From contig JAJYED010000003.1 of the NCBI GenBank assembly GCA_021790305.1, forward strand, positions 1 to 60,514: DNA of 60,514 bases. Reading direction: 5' to 3'. The notes under the pieces are model-generated. The model was not told the origin of the DNA. It did not search any database and worked only from the letters and a program-made list of their open reading frames with translations. Source of the stretch: Candidatus Micrarchaeota archaeon (GTDB lineage Archaea > Micrarchaeota > Micrarchaeia > Micrarchaeales > CABMGC01). The first letter of the stretch is position 1, and every line of letters begins with the position of its first letter. Below are positions 1 to 8,589 of this stretch, in pieces. The position numbers and the translations under genes are program-made.

Positions 1-1
1 A

Positions 2-1459
2 GATGGAGAGGAGGCACTTGATAACGGCAGCAAACTTGCTGAGATAAGGATAGCTGCAAATACCTTCGATATTCACAAGCAGATACTCTTCTTCTACAGC
101 ACAAAGAGGAATACCGAAGCTGGCGCAGAGAGGCTCTCCCTCCTTACTTCATCTGTGCTTAGCCAGGAGGAGAAGCTGAAGCTCAGCGAGGTCTCTGCAC
201 GAATATTAGGGGCTCTCGGAAGGCCTACGACGCAGTGCGAGAAGCTTGCGAAGCTCGTTGAAAAGGGAGTTGCGTTCCACCACAGCGGGCTGGTGAATGA
301 GCAGAGGCATGCAGTAGAGGAAGCATTCAAGGAAGGGCTGATAAAGGCGATATGTTCTACTACAACACTTGGCATGGGAGTGAATCTTCCGGCGCATACA
401 GTAGTCGTAAGGGATACGGTAAGATATGATGCAGAGTATGGAAGCGTGCGCATGGGCGTAAATGTAGTAACGCAATTGTTCGGCAGGGCAGGACGCCCGA
501 AGTATGACAAGATGGGAAGGGCACTGCTGATAGCAAAATCCAAGGAGGATATGCGCAGTTTGTATGAGAGATACATAGACGGGGAGCTGGAGCCGGTTGA
601 ATCAAAGCTTGGAATGGAGAGCGTCCTTAGAACTCATCTTCTTTCCTTCATAGCCACTAAATTCCTCACTAGCAAAGAGTCGATATCAGATTTCATGGCT
701 GGAACCTTCTACGGCTACCAGTATGCTGACATGAATGATCTGAACAGGATAATAAGCAGGGTTCTGAAGGAGCTTCAGGAGTGGAACTTCATAGAGAGCT
801 ACGGAAGCTTTTACAGGGCGACTAAAGTAGGAGAGCGCGTGAGCGAACTGTACATAGATCCGATGTCTGCCAAGTGGATGATTGACTCTCTTCCCAAGGC
901 AACAGACAGCATCTCGATGCTCTTCATGATCTCTAACACTATAGAGATGCGCCCTTATGTCAAGATAGTCGAGGAGGCTGAGGAGAGGTTCTTCAGCTAT
1001 CAGCAGATGATAGAGAGCGAAGGCGGATACATCCTCTCTGAAGAGGTCGGCTATTATGATCCGCTCAGGCCTTTCTCGACGTCGATAATGCTGAACGACT
1101 GGATAAGCGAGAAGCATGAGCAGGAGATAACGCAGAAGTATGGGACGACTCCCGGAGCGCTTTATACGAAGATAAACAATGCGGACTGGCTGCTCTACTC
1201 TGCGGCAGAGCTTGGCAAGCTTCTCAAGGTCAGCTCAAGGAAGCTGACAGAGGTGAGAGTCAGGATGAGATATGGGATAAAGGAGGAGCTGATGGATCTC
1301 GTAAGGCTGGAGGGAATAGGAAGGGTCAGGGCGCGCCTTCTGTTCATGAATGGAATTCCCGACGTTAAAAGCCTGAGGAAGGCAGGCGCAAGGGAGAAGG
1401 TGGAGAGGCTTCTTGGCAAGGAAATCGCGAAAAGAGTATACGAACAGCTCAGCGAGTAG
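2..1459 (+). CDS. hel308: Hel308/Ski2-like superfamily-2 helicase, C-terminal part (5' end outside window)
   Basis: Reading frame is open from nt 2 with no stop before the ORF-track ATG at 155. Helicase C-terminal motifs VAFHHSGL, TTTLGMGVNLPAHTVVV, QLFGRAGRPKYD. C-terminal helix-hairpin-helix LEGIGRVRARLLF. Confidence 0.8.
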   Translation, partial: DGEEALDNGSKLAEIRIAANTFDIHKQILFFYSTKRNTEAGAERLSLLTSSVLSQEEKLKLSEVSARILGALGRPTTQCEKLAKLVEKGVAFHHSGLVNEQRHAVEEAFKEGLIKAICSTTTLGMGVNLPAHTVVVRDTVRYDAEYGSVRMGVNVVTQLFGRAGRPKYDKMGRALLIAKSKEDMRSLYERYIDGELEPVESKLGMESVLRTHLLSFIATKFLTSKESISDFMAGTFYGYQYADMNDLNRIISRVLKELQEWNFIESYGSFYRATKVGERVSELYIDPMSAKWMIDSLPKATDSISMLFMISNTIEMRPYVKIVEEAEERFFSYQQMIESEGGYILSEEVGYYDPLRPFSTSIMLNDWISEKHEQEITQKYGTTPGALYTKINNADWLLYSAAELGKLLKVSSRKLTEVRVRMRYGIKEELMDLVRLEGIGRVRARLLFMNGIPDVKSLRKAGAREKVERLLGKEIAKRVYEQLSE

Positions 1460-1556
1460 CAGTCTCCTCGTGTAATTCCGCTAATGGGATTTATAGAAAG
1501 CTTAATAAAAATGAGCAAGTATTATAAGTTCAGTTTTAAGGCGACTGGTGAAAAAA

Positions 1557-1925
1557 ATGGGAGTTTTTGATAAGCTGGGCCAGACATTTGGCTCACAGAG
1601 CAAGGACATGGATCTCGGAGACTACATGAGCGCTGTAGAGATGGAAGATGTAGACGTAATGCACGAACCTGCAGATATGTACATCAAGCCTGTATCTATA
1701 TCAAGCGAGGATGAAGTCAAGTCTGTTGAGGACGAAGTTTCCAAGAAGAACATAATACTTCTGGATATAACGGAGCTTAACAAGCGACCTACGACAAGGA
1801 GCAATGTAATATCAGAGCTGAAGAGATTCACTGCAAAGATAAACGGGGACATAGGGCAGATAGACCAGACAAGGATACTGCTGACCCCTGCGAAGATAAA
1901 GATAATAAAGAGAAAGAAGCAGTAA
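1557..1925 (+). CDS. sepF: Cell division protein SepF-like (archaeal FtsZ membrane anchor)
   Basis: About 120 aa. N-terminal amphipathic MGVFDKLGQTF, acidic linker, then a SepF-like core (ADMYIKPVSISSEDEV...KNIILLDITEL...GDIGQIDQTRILLTP). The ORF-track start at 1548 is GTG; the ATG at 1557 gives the typical MG.FD N-terminus. Confidence 0.7.
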   Translation: MGVFDKLGQTFGSQSKDMDLGDYMSAVEMEDVDVMHEPADMYIKPVSISSEDEVKSVEDEVSKKNIILLDITELNKRPTTRSNVISELKRFTAKINGDIGQIDQTRILLTPAKIKIIKRKKQ

Positions 1926-2615
1926 TCACTTCTTCAGTGCAGTTATGAGGGCGTGCACCTCGGTGCCGCTCGGCTGCGAAGCGCGGACCATCCTTCGGAA
2001 TACTGCGCTCACAGCCTTTTTGTTTCTTATCCTTTTCTTTTGAATAGAGTTATCGAAGATCCTGAATAAGTATTCCAGTTCCTTCTTTTCCACCTTCCTG
2101 TTCGATATATCCCTGTACAACGGGATGAAATCCTGCTTTGTGAATTCGTAGAGTATCAGTGCGAGGGCGTGCGAGATGTTCAGCACAGGATATTTTTTTG
2201 ATGTTCCTATGTACATAACCATGTCGCATCCCTCTATCTCTTCTGCGCTTAACCCAGTGTCGTCCCTGCCTATCAGCACGCCCACTACAGCTCTTTCATC
2301 AATCTTCTTCAGCTTTGCAGCGGAATCCTGGAGGAGAGCGATGCGCTTGAAGGTCCTATTTGCCTTCTCCCATATGCCTGTAGTCCCTATAACCAGGGAG
2401 CACTCCTTCGTAGCATCCTCTATGCTATTGTATACCTTTGCATTCTTCAGCAGATGGCTTGCGTGCTTTGAGAACATTATGGCCTTGCTTCCCGTAAGCT
2501 TCGCCCTTGGCTTTACGAAGTAGAGCTTTCCTATTCCGAAGTTCATTGAGACTCTTGCTATGTAACCGATGTTTATCTGGTACTTAGGCTCTACGATTAT
2601 TATCTTGAAGCGCAT
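1926..2615 (-). CDS. SpoU/TrmH-family (TrmJ-like) RNA 2'-O-methyltransferase
   Basis: IIIVEPKYQINIGYIARVSMNFG, VLIGRDDTGLS and NISHALALILYE match the SPOUT methyltransferase motif order. Confidence 0.75.
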   Translation of the reverse strand: MRFKIIIVEPKYQINIGYIARVSMNFGIGKLYFVKPRAKLTGSKAIMFSKHASHLLKNAKVYNSIEDATKECSLVIGTTGIWEKANRTFKRIALLQDSAAKLKKIDERAVVGVLIGRDDTGLSAEEIEGCDMVMYIGTSKKYPVLNISHALALILYEFTKQDFIPLYRDISNRKVEKKELEYLFRIFDNSIQKKRIRNKKAVSAVFRRMVRASQPSGTEVHALITALKK

Positions 2616-2619
2616 CTGA

Positions 2620-3387
2620 TCAGTGGATTAGGATTATACTCAGTATGGCAAGAACTCCTATTGAGTTGACAAGGATATGGGCAAGCATGCTGGGATACAG
2701 TGAATCGGATTTGCTGAATACATAGCCTGCCATCAGCCCGAAGAACATTGCAGCGATAACTTCTATGGCAAATGTTGAATCGTAGCTTGCATGAAGCAGT
2801 CCGAAGATGATTGTGCTTGCAACTATTCCTACCCAGAAAGGCCTGTAGCTCCTCTTCAGCAACGATGAGCCGATAGCGCCGGCGCCTATGTTTATCCTCT
2901 TTATCAGGAAGCCCCTGAATACTATCTCCTCGTTTATCGGCTCTATTACAGCAACAAATACATAGAACCATAATGGAGCACCTGTGAAGAGTATGCCGGT
3001 ATTTGTGTTTATAGTGGTGTTGGAAAAATTACCGAAGGTGCCTACTGCAAGCTCAAGCAGCAGTATGATTATGAACAGGAGTGCCCCTATCCACAGCGCA
3101 TTTACCGATATCCTGTCCTTTGATAGACCCAGAAAGCTGAGAGTATCTTTTAAGCGCTCCTTCTTGTATAGCTTGGCATACAGGAATACCGCCACTGACA
3201 ATGATAGCAATGAAGCTACTTCAAGGACGAAGGTCTCAGTATTGCTTGAGATAAGACCTATAGAGTATACGCCGTATGTGATAAGGCTGAAAAAGATAGT
3301 TGACACAAGAAACAGTGCCAGATATATTGCTGTTGAAAAGATAGAACGTCCCGATTCCTGCCACAGGTTATATCCCAAAAGGCGCAC
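2620..3387 (-). CDS. CPBP-family (CAAX/Abi) intramembrane metalloprotease
   Basis: Polytopic membrane protein with EPINEEIVFRGFL, FGLLHA and HILVN motifs. GTG start directly abuts the S27ae stop. Confidence 0.75.
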   Translation of the reverse strand: MRLLGYNLWQESGRSIFSTAIYLALFLVSTIFFSLITYGVYSIGLISSNTETFVLEVASLLSLSVAVFLYAKLYKKERLKDTLSFLGLSKDRISVNALWIGALLFIIILLLELAVGTFGNFSNTTINTNTGILFTGAPLWFYVFVAVIEPINEEIVFRGFLIKRINIGAGAIGSSLLKRSYRPFWVGIVASTIIFGLLHASYDSTFAIEVIAAMFFGLMAGYVFSKSDSLYPSMLAHILVNSIGVLAILSIILIH

Positions 3388-3525
3388 CTATTTGCCCTTG
3401 AACTCAGTGTATCGGCACTTGCCGCATGCGTATCTGTCCTTGTGGTCTGCCATGCGCGCACCGCACTTCGGGCAGTACTTTGCCCCTGGTTTGTATACAG
3501 CTGCCTTCTTTCCCTCTTTTGCCAT
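3388..3525 (-). CDS. rps27ae: Ribosomal protein S27ae (eS31), 45 aa, below the ORF-track length cutoff
   Basis: Hand translation of the minus strand: [45 protein letters not shown]. CxxC...CxxC zinc ribbon. Sits immediately downstream of S24e, as in the conserved archaeal S24e-S27ae pair. Confidence 0.85.
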   Translation of the reverse strand: MAKEGKKAAVYKPGAKYCPKCGARMADHKDRYACGKCRYTEFKGK

Positions 3526-3544
3526 GATAATCATCTAAAAATTA

Positions 3545-3895
3545 TTACGCTCCCTCTGCCTTCTTCTCAGGCTTTGCCTCTTCTGCGGCTTCCTGCTTTG
3601 CAGGCGCTGCCCCTTTTGCAAGAGCCTCCTTCTTCTTTGCAGAGAGCTTGAAAGCGCCTCTCTTCTTTGCCTCTTGCGTAAGATAGGCGTATGCGGTTAT
3701 GGTGCATCTCTTCTGCCCATACTCTTGGTCAACGCTGACTATCTCTACCATCTCAGGGTCGAGATTCTTCTTCTTGCATAGCTCCTCCTTGACCTGCTGC
3801 CTTGTAGGCGTCTTGTCCTTGAAGGTCGCATTCGCCTTTATCTCATTCCTCTCAAATAGCTTGTTTTCGTGCTCTCTCTCTATTTTCAATTCCAT
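3545..3895 (-). CDS. rps24e: Ribosomal protein S24e (eS24) with K/A/E-rich C-terminal tail
   Basis: MELKIEREHENKLFERNEI...TPTRQQVKEEL...VEIVSVDQEYG is typical of S24e. Tail is AKKKEALAKGAAPAKQEAAEEAKPEKKAEGA. Confidence 0.85.
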   Translation of the reverse strand: MELKIEREHENKLFERNEIKANATFKDKTPTRQQVKEELCKKKNLDPEMVEIVSVDQEYGQKRCTITAYAYLTQEAKKRGAFKLSAKKKEALAKGAAPAKQEAAEEAKPEKKAEGA

Positions 3896-4300
3896 CTAAC
3901 CGCCCATTACTCTTGATATAGCTCTTCTGCCTGAAGCCTCCATTATCTCTATCTCAGCCCCTGCCTTGACGCTTCCCTTCATGTCCTCAGGTATAGGAAG
4001 GTCAAAGGTCTCGTAGCTCTCCAGATCCATAACCTGCGCAGTAGTATCAGATACAGAGACAACCTGTGCCTTCTTCTTAGTTATCACAGGAACCTCTATG
4101 TCACCGGAGCTTGGCTTCAGAAGGGTCTTCTTCTGCCCATCGAATATCCCTATGCCTGTTATTCTCATCTTTGCAGCTCCATGCTTCCCAGGTGCAGAGA
4201 CCTCTATGTCTACGACTCTGCACGCTATACCGTCTATCATCACGAAGCGACCTACCTTTAGGTCCTTCATAGTTCCATAAGTTATTTCGTCTGTCACCAA
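3896..4300 (-). CDS. eif5a: Translation initiation factor 5A (aIF5A)
   Basis: LKVGRFVMIDGIACRVVDIEVSAPGKHGAAKMRITGIGIFDG contains the hypusine-site GKHG motif. Start is TTG/GTG at 4300/4297, or an internal ATG. Confidence 0.9.
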   Translation of the reverse strand: MVTDEITYGTMKDLKVGRFVMIDGIACRVVDIEVSAPGKHGAAKMRITGIGIFDGQKKTLLKPSSGDIEVPVITKKKAQVVSVSDTTAQVMDLESYETFDLPIPEDMKGSVKAGAEIEIMEASGRRAISRVMGG

Positions 4301-4384
4301 ACCAGCTTCTCAAAAGTTTTACTGATAAAACAAGTAAACCTGTTTTCTATAGGAGTATTAACTAAGAAAAATTTATAAATACAA

Positions 4385-4411
4385 GTAGCAGGCCTTCATC
4401 AGGCCTGCTAC
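4385..4411 (-). terminator. Perfect 11-bp stem / 5-nt loop hairpin 20 nt downstream of ftsZ2, followed on the minus strand by a T-rich tract
   Basis: gtagcaggcct-tcatc-aggcctgctac. The minus strand continues TTGTATTTATAAATTTTTC, which also contains a TATA-like element upstream of aIF5A. Confidence 0.4.
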
Positions 4412-4430
4412 AATGAAATAAGCTATCTTT

Positions 4431-5462
4431 TCAATAGATGCTCTGGAGTGCCTCTAAGCGCATAGGCGTCGCATTTGCATTCAGCTTGCGTTCGCCGAAC
4501 TTTGCCTTCACGCCAGTCACTATTGACATTACCCTTATCTCCTCGCCGAGCTCAGGAAGCATCCTTGCGCCGAAGATGACGTTTGCATCTCCTGCAACGC
4601 CCTCCGTCACGCCGTTTGCTATCTCCGTAGCCTCGCTTATGGTCAGGTTCGCACCGCCTGTTATCTGTATGAGCGCTCCCTTTGCACCTTCATTCTCCAC
4701 TGATAGCAGAGGATGTGCAAGAGTCGACTTTACAGCCTGTTCCACTCTGCCAGGACCCTTTCCTGAGCCGAGGCTTATGACAGCCGTGCCTGTGTTCCTG
4801 ACCACTGTGTTTAAGTCTGCGAAGTCGAGGTTTATCAGGCTTGGGAAGTATATCGTGTCGGATATTCCCTTTACCGCATTGCCTGTTATATTGTCAACGA
4901 ACTCGAAGGCCTTGTCCATAGGAAGGTTTGGCACGTATGATAGGAGCTTGTCGTTCTCCACCACTATTGTGCAGTCTGCTTCCTTGTTCAGCCTCTCTAT
5001 GCCCCATTCTGCCTTTACCTTTCTGCTTCTCTCAAGTGCAAATGGATACGTTACAGTTGCTATTACGGTTGCGCCGCACTCTCTTGCTATATGTGCAACT
5101 ATAGGAGCCGAACCTGTTCCTGTTCCTCCTCCCATACCGGCAGCAATGAATACAAGGCTGTAGCCTTCCAGGGCCTGCCTTATCTCCTCCTTGCTTACCT
5201 CTGCACACTTCTCGGCAACTTCAGGGAAACCTCCTGCTCCAAGTCCATTGGTTATGCTCTTTCCTATGAGCAGCTTCTTGTCAGCCTTGATTATGTTAAG
5301 ATGCGCTATATCCGTGTTTATGGCAATCTTGTCAGCGCTCTGCATGCCATATCTTGATAGTCTGTTTACAAGGTTGCTTCCCTGCCCACCACAACCTACT
5401 ACCGCTATCCTCGGCTTGTAGGCATCATAGTCGAACTGCTCGTTTCCCATTCTTGCACCCAT
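4431..5462 (-). CDS. ftsZ: Cell division GTPase FtsZ, paralog B
   Basis: VVGCGGQGSNLVNRL, GLGAGGFPEVAEK and the tubulin signature [17 protein letters not shown]. Confidence 0.9.
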   Translation of the reverse strand: MGARMGNEQFDYDAYKPRIAVVGCGGQGSNLVNRLSRYGMQSADKIAINTDIAHLNIIKADKKLLIGKSITNGLGAGGFPEVAEKCAEVSKEEIRQALEGYSLVFIAAGMGGGTGTGSAPIVAHIARECGATVIATVTYPFALERSRKVKAEWGIERLNKEADCTIVVENDKLLSYVPNLPMDKAFEFVDNITGNAVKGISDTIYFPSLINLDFADLNTVVRNTGTAVISLGSGKGPGRVEQAVKSTLAHPLLSVENEGAKGALIQITGGANLTISEATEIANGVTEGVAGDANVIFGARMLPELGEEIRVMSIVTGVKAKFGERKLNANATPMRLEALQSIY

Positions 5463-5484
5463 TTATAATAAATATAAAGGGATC

Positions 5485-6534
5485 TCAAATGAGATCCAAA
5501 TCATACTTTGCAGGCCTTTCGTCGCTGTTGAACTTCCCTGCTATGCTTGAGCCCTTTACTCCTGTCACTATTGCCACTATCTCTATCTGGCCCTCATAGC
5601 CTGGGATTATCCTTGCGCCCCACTTTATGTTTGCCTTAGGGTCCATGCGCTCGGTTATTATCTCTCCTGCATGTATTGCGTCTCCGAGGCTCAGGTCTGA
5701 TGCGCCTGATATGTGTATCAGTGCTCCCTTTGCGTTCTCGAAGTCAACGTCAAGCAGCTTGTTCTTTATGACAGCCTCTGCAGCAGCGGTAACCTTCTCG
5801 TTGCCCTTTCCTACCCCTACGGATATGAATCCAACGTCTCCGCTTCCCATGATCGACCTTACATCAGCAAAGTCTATGTTGATCAGAGATGGCTGGGTTA
5901 TCGTCCAGACAAGTCCTCCTATCGCCTTTGCCAGTATGTCGTCTGCTACTGCGAATGCCTCGTTCATTGGCAGGTTAGGAACCAGCTTCACCAATCTGTT
6001 GTTGTCCAGGATTATGACGCTGTCGCTGAACTTCCTCAGCTTCTGTATACCCTCTTCTGCCTTTACCTTCCTTACCCTCTCAAGATCAAATGGATACGTT
6101 ACCATTGCGACTACTATAGCACCCTGTTCCTTTGCTATCTGAGCCACTACCGGCATTGCACCTGTTCCTGTTCCTCCTCCCATACCTGCGCACAGGAAGA
6201 CCAGTTGTGCACCGTTTATTACCTCTTCTATTGCCTGCCTGTCAGCCTCAGCTGCCTTTGCTCCAACTTCAGGAGTTCCTCCGGCTCCGAGACCTCTTGT
6301 CAGGCTCTTTCCTATAAGGACCTTCTTTATTCGGTCATCAAGCATCTTGAAGTGCTGAACGTCCGTGTTAATTGCTACAAGGTCTGTGCCCTTAACACCG
6401 CTCTTCAGCAGTCTTTGTGCTGTGTTGTTGCCACCCCCGCCCACTCCTATGGTTACTATCTTTATCTGGGGTGTAGAGTTGCTGTCTATCTCCTCGCTTT
6501 TATTCGCAAGAAACTCACTAGAGAAATCTACCAT
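5485..6534 (-). CDS. ftsZ: Cell division GTPase FtsZ, paralog A
   Basis: [48 protein letters not shown]. Only 22 nt upstream of the other ftsZ. Confidence 0.9.
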   Translation of the reverse strand: MVDFSSEFLANKSEEIDSNSTPQIKIVTIGVGGGGNNTAQRLLKSGVKGTDLVAINTDVQHFKMLDDRIKKVLIGKSLTRGLGAGGTPEVGAKAAEADRQAIEEVINGAQLVFLCAGMGGGTGTGAMPVVAQIAKEQGAIVVAMVTYPFDLERVRKVKAEEGIQKLRKFSDSVIILDNNRLVKLVPNLPMNEAFAVADDILAKAIGGLVWTITQPSLINIDFADVRSIMGSGDVGFISVGVGKGNEKVTAAAEAVIKNKLLDVDFENAKGALIHISGASDLSLGDAIHAGEIITERMDPKANIKWGARIIPGYEGQIEIVAIVTGVKGSSIAGKFNSDERPAKYDLDLI

Positions 6535-6539
6535 GCGAT

Positions 6540-6585
6540 CGCCAGTTTATATAAACTACTAAATATGTTTAAATATCTTTTGTAT
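6540..6585 (-). promoter_or_regulatory. Putative ftsZ promoter region with two TATA-like elements
   Basis: Palindromic TTTATATAAA at 6546-6555 and ATATTTAAAC (minus strand) at about 6572-6581, upstream of the ATG at 6534. Confidence 0.3.
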
Positions 6586-6739
6586 GGGAGTCAGTAATGG
6601 AATGGCTTATACTTTGATAAAAAACATATACCAGAATAAAATATTATTAGTGGAAGATAAGGATTTTTACGCAGAATCTGCACCAGAATTTGAGTTATAC
6701 ACAGGTTTTTACGACGTTAATTGAGATTTTGTATAAATA

Positions 6740-8500
6740 TCAGCTGGACAGCTTGGACTTTCTCTGTATTCCAAACATCTCTATTACCTCCTCTGTCGTC
6801 GTTGCATCTGAAGCAGACTTGTCCTGCCTGATTCCATCGCTCACGAGTCTTGGGAATCTCAGGGCATAACCCATCCCGTCTTTAACGCCGCAGGTATGCA
6901 TGCTCGATCTTGTTATCTCGTCAGCTCTTACCGTTACAACATATTTCGGTTCGACCCAGAAGTCCGGTTCAACTACTGCATTTACCCTTGCAGGCTTATG
7001 CTTCGTCTTTATTTCGTCCAGATCCTTCTTCAAGGATTTCATCTGTGCCTCACTGAATCCCGTGCCTATCCTAGTTATGGTTTCAAAAATGTCTTCTTTG
7101 TCGTTGTAGACGCCTGCAAGAAGGCCCCCGAACTTGAACTCGGCGCGCAGCCCCTTGCCGAGGAAGTATCCCAGTATCACAAGGTCAAGAGTATCGGAGA
7201 GTTCGCCCTTGTAGCTCCTCTTCAGCTTTATCCAGGAGAACTTCCTTGCCCCTGCCACATAGCTTGAACCAAGGTCCTTTGCCATTATTCCCTCCAGCCC
7301 GTCCTCTATCACAGTGTTGAAGTACTTGTCTATCTTCTTAGGATCGTCGGTAACTATCCTGTCCGATAATCTTATCATCTGCCTTTTCTTCAGCACGGAT
7401 TCTAGCAGCTCCCTTCTCTCAGAATAGGGCTTTGACATCGTATCCTTTCCGTTGAGGTACATTATGTCGAATGAGAAGAGGGTAAGGGGTATCTCCTTTG
7501 ACATCTCCTCTACACCATGCTTCCTCTTCCGCTGTATCGTCTCCTGGAAGGGCAGGAACTGATCAGTGGCTTCATTGTATCCTATCGCCTCTCCTTCTAT
7601 TATCGCAGAATCGGCAGCTATCTCATCCAGTGCAGCATCGACTATCTCGGGGAACATCGGAGTGAGGACTTCGAGATTTCTGGAGTATATCTCGACCTTC
7701 CTCCTCTTCCTGTCCATGTGTATCTGCTCCCTTAGTCCGTCGTACTTTGATTCTATTGCGCACCTTCCATGCGTCTTCTCCAGAATCTGCTCCGCAGTAG
7801 GGAGCCTCTCTGCAAGCGCAGGCCTTATAGGGCTGAAGAGCTGAACCTCTATCCTCTCTACTCCCTTTATGCCCTTCTCGGCCATAATCTCCCCTATCCT
7901 TCCCAGATCGCTGCAGATGTTGTATGCATTCTCAAGTATTGGCTTTGATTCCCTGCTTCCTGTGAATGCCTTTGAAAGCGCCTCGAGGATAGTCGCATCG
8001 CCTAGTCCAAGTCGCAGCCTTCCGAGTGCGAATCTGGTAACGTATCTTGCTTCGAGAGGCGAAGAGGCTGAAAGTATCTCCATGAGCATCTTTATCTTAG
8101 TATCCTGGCTGCCCTGCCCGCCTGTCCTCGCTATCTTGTGCATCGATTCAAAGACATCATTTACCGTAAAGGACTTGGAGCTTATCCTCTTCAGCTTTGA
8201 CTTGGCAGAGAAATCCTCTGCGACAGCGCCGAGGTCTCCTGATTTCTTGTATGCCTGTATAACAGAATCTTTTGAATAGCCGGTAGCTGCTGCTATCGCC
8301 TGTTCAGCGAAGCTCTCTGCCAGCCCTATCACCACCCCTTCGAATGAAGGACTGAGAACTCCCTGCGTTATGTATATCAGATGCTTTATCTCGTCAGGAG
8401 AGGATTTTGAGAAAAGTTCCGAGAGCGTCTCTATCATCTCCAGCCTTGAGCTTGTGCTCTCGAGCTTTTCGTAATAAACTGCAGTATCTTTGAACAGCAT
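6740..8500 (-). CDS. lig: ATP-dependent DNA ligase
   Basis: Adenylation motif I IESKYDGLR, plus FDIMYLNG and EGIMAKD motifs. Start chosen at ATG 8500 (MLFKDTAVYYEKLE) because a TATATAAA element lies 29-36 nt upstream. The ORF-track start at 8593 would overlap the Fic stop. Confidence 0.9.
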   Translation of the reverse strand: MLFKDTAVYYEKLESTSSRLEMIETLSELFSKSSPDEIKHLIYITQGVLSPSFEGVVIGLAESFAEQAIAAATGYSKDSVIQAYKKSGDLGAVAEDFSAKSKLKRISSKSFTVNDVFESMHKIARTGGQGSQDTKIKMLMEILSASSPLEARYVTRFALGRLRLGLGDATILEALSKAFTGSRESKPILENAYNICSDLGRIGEIMAEKGIKGVERIEVQLFSPIRPALAERLPTAEQILEKTHGRCAIESKYDGLREQIHMDRKRRKVEIYSRNLEVLTPMFPEIVDAALDEIAADSAIIEGEAIGYNEATDQFLPFQETIQRKRKHGVEEMSKEIPLTLFSFDIMYLNGKDTMSKPYSERRELLESVLKKRQMIRLSDRIVTDDPKKIDKYFNTVIEDGLEGIMAKDLGSSYVAGARKFSWIKLKRSYKGELSDTLDLVILGYFLGKGLRAEFKFGGLLAGVYNDKEDIFETITRIGTGFSEAQMKSLKKDLDEIKTKHKPARVNAVVEPDFWVEPKYVVTVRADEITRSSMHTCGVKDGMGYALRFPRLVSDGIRQDKSASDATTTEEVIEMFGIQRKSKLSS

Positions 8501-8528
8501 CTCAACCAGAATACAATCTGTTCTCATG

Positions 8529-8536
8529 TTTATATA
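8529..8536 (-). promoter_or_regulatory. TATA-box candidate for DNA ligase
   Basis: The minus strand reads TATATAAA 29-36 nt upstream of ATG 8500, consistent with a short-leader or leaderless archaeal promoter. Confidence 0.35.
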
Positions 8537-8589
8537 GTTTCTTAAAAGACTTAGGGCATAGGGGCAGCATTTACGATAAAGATGAGCGC

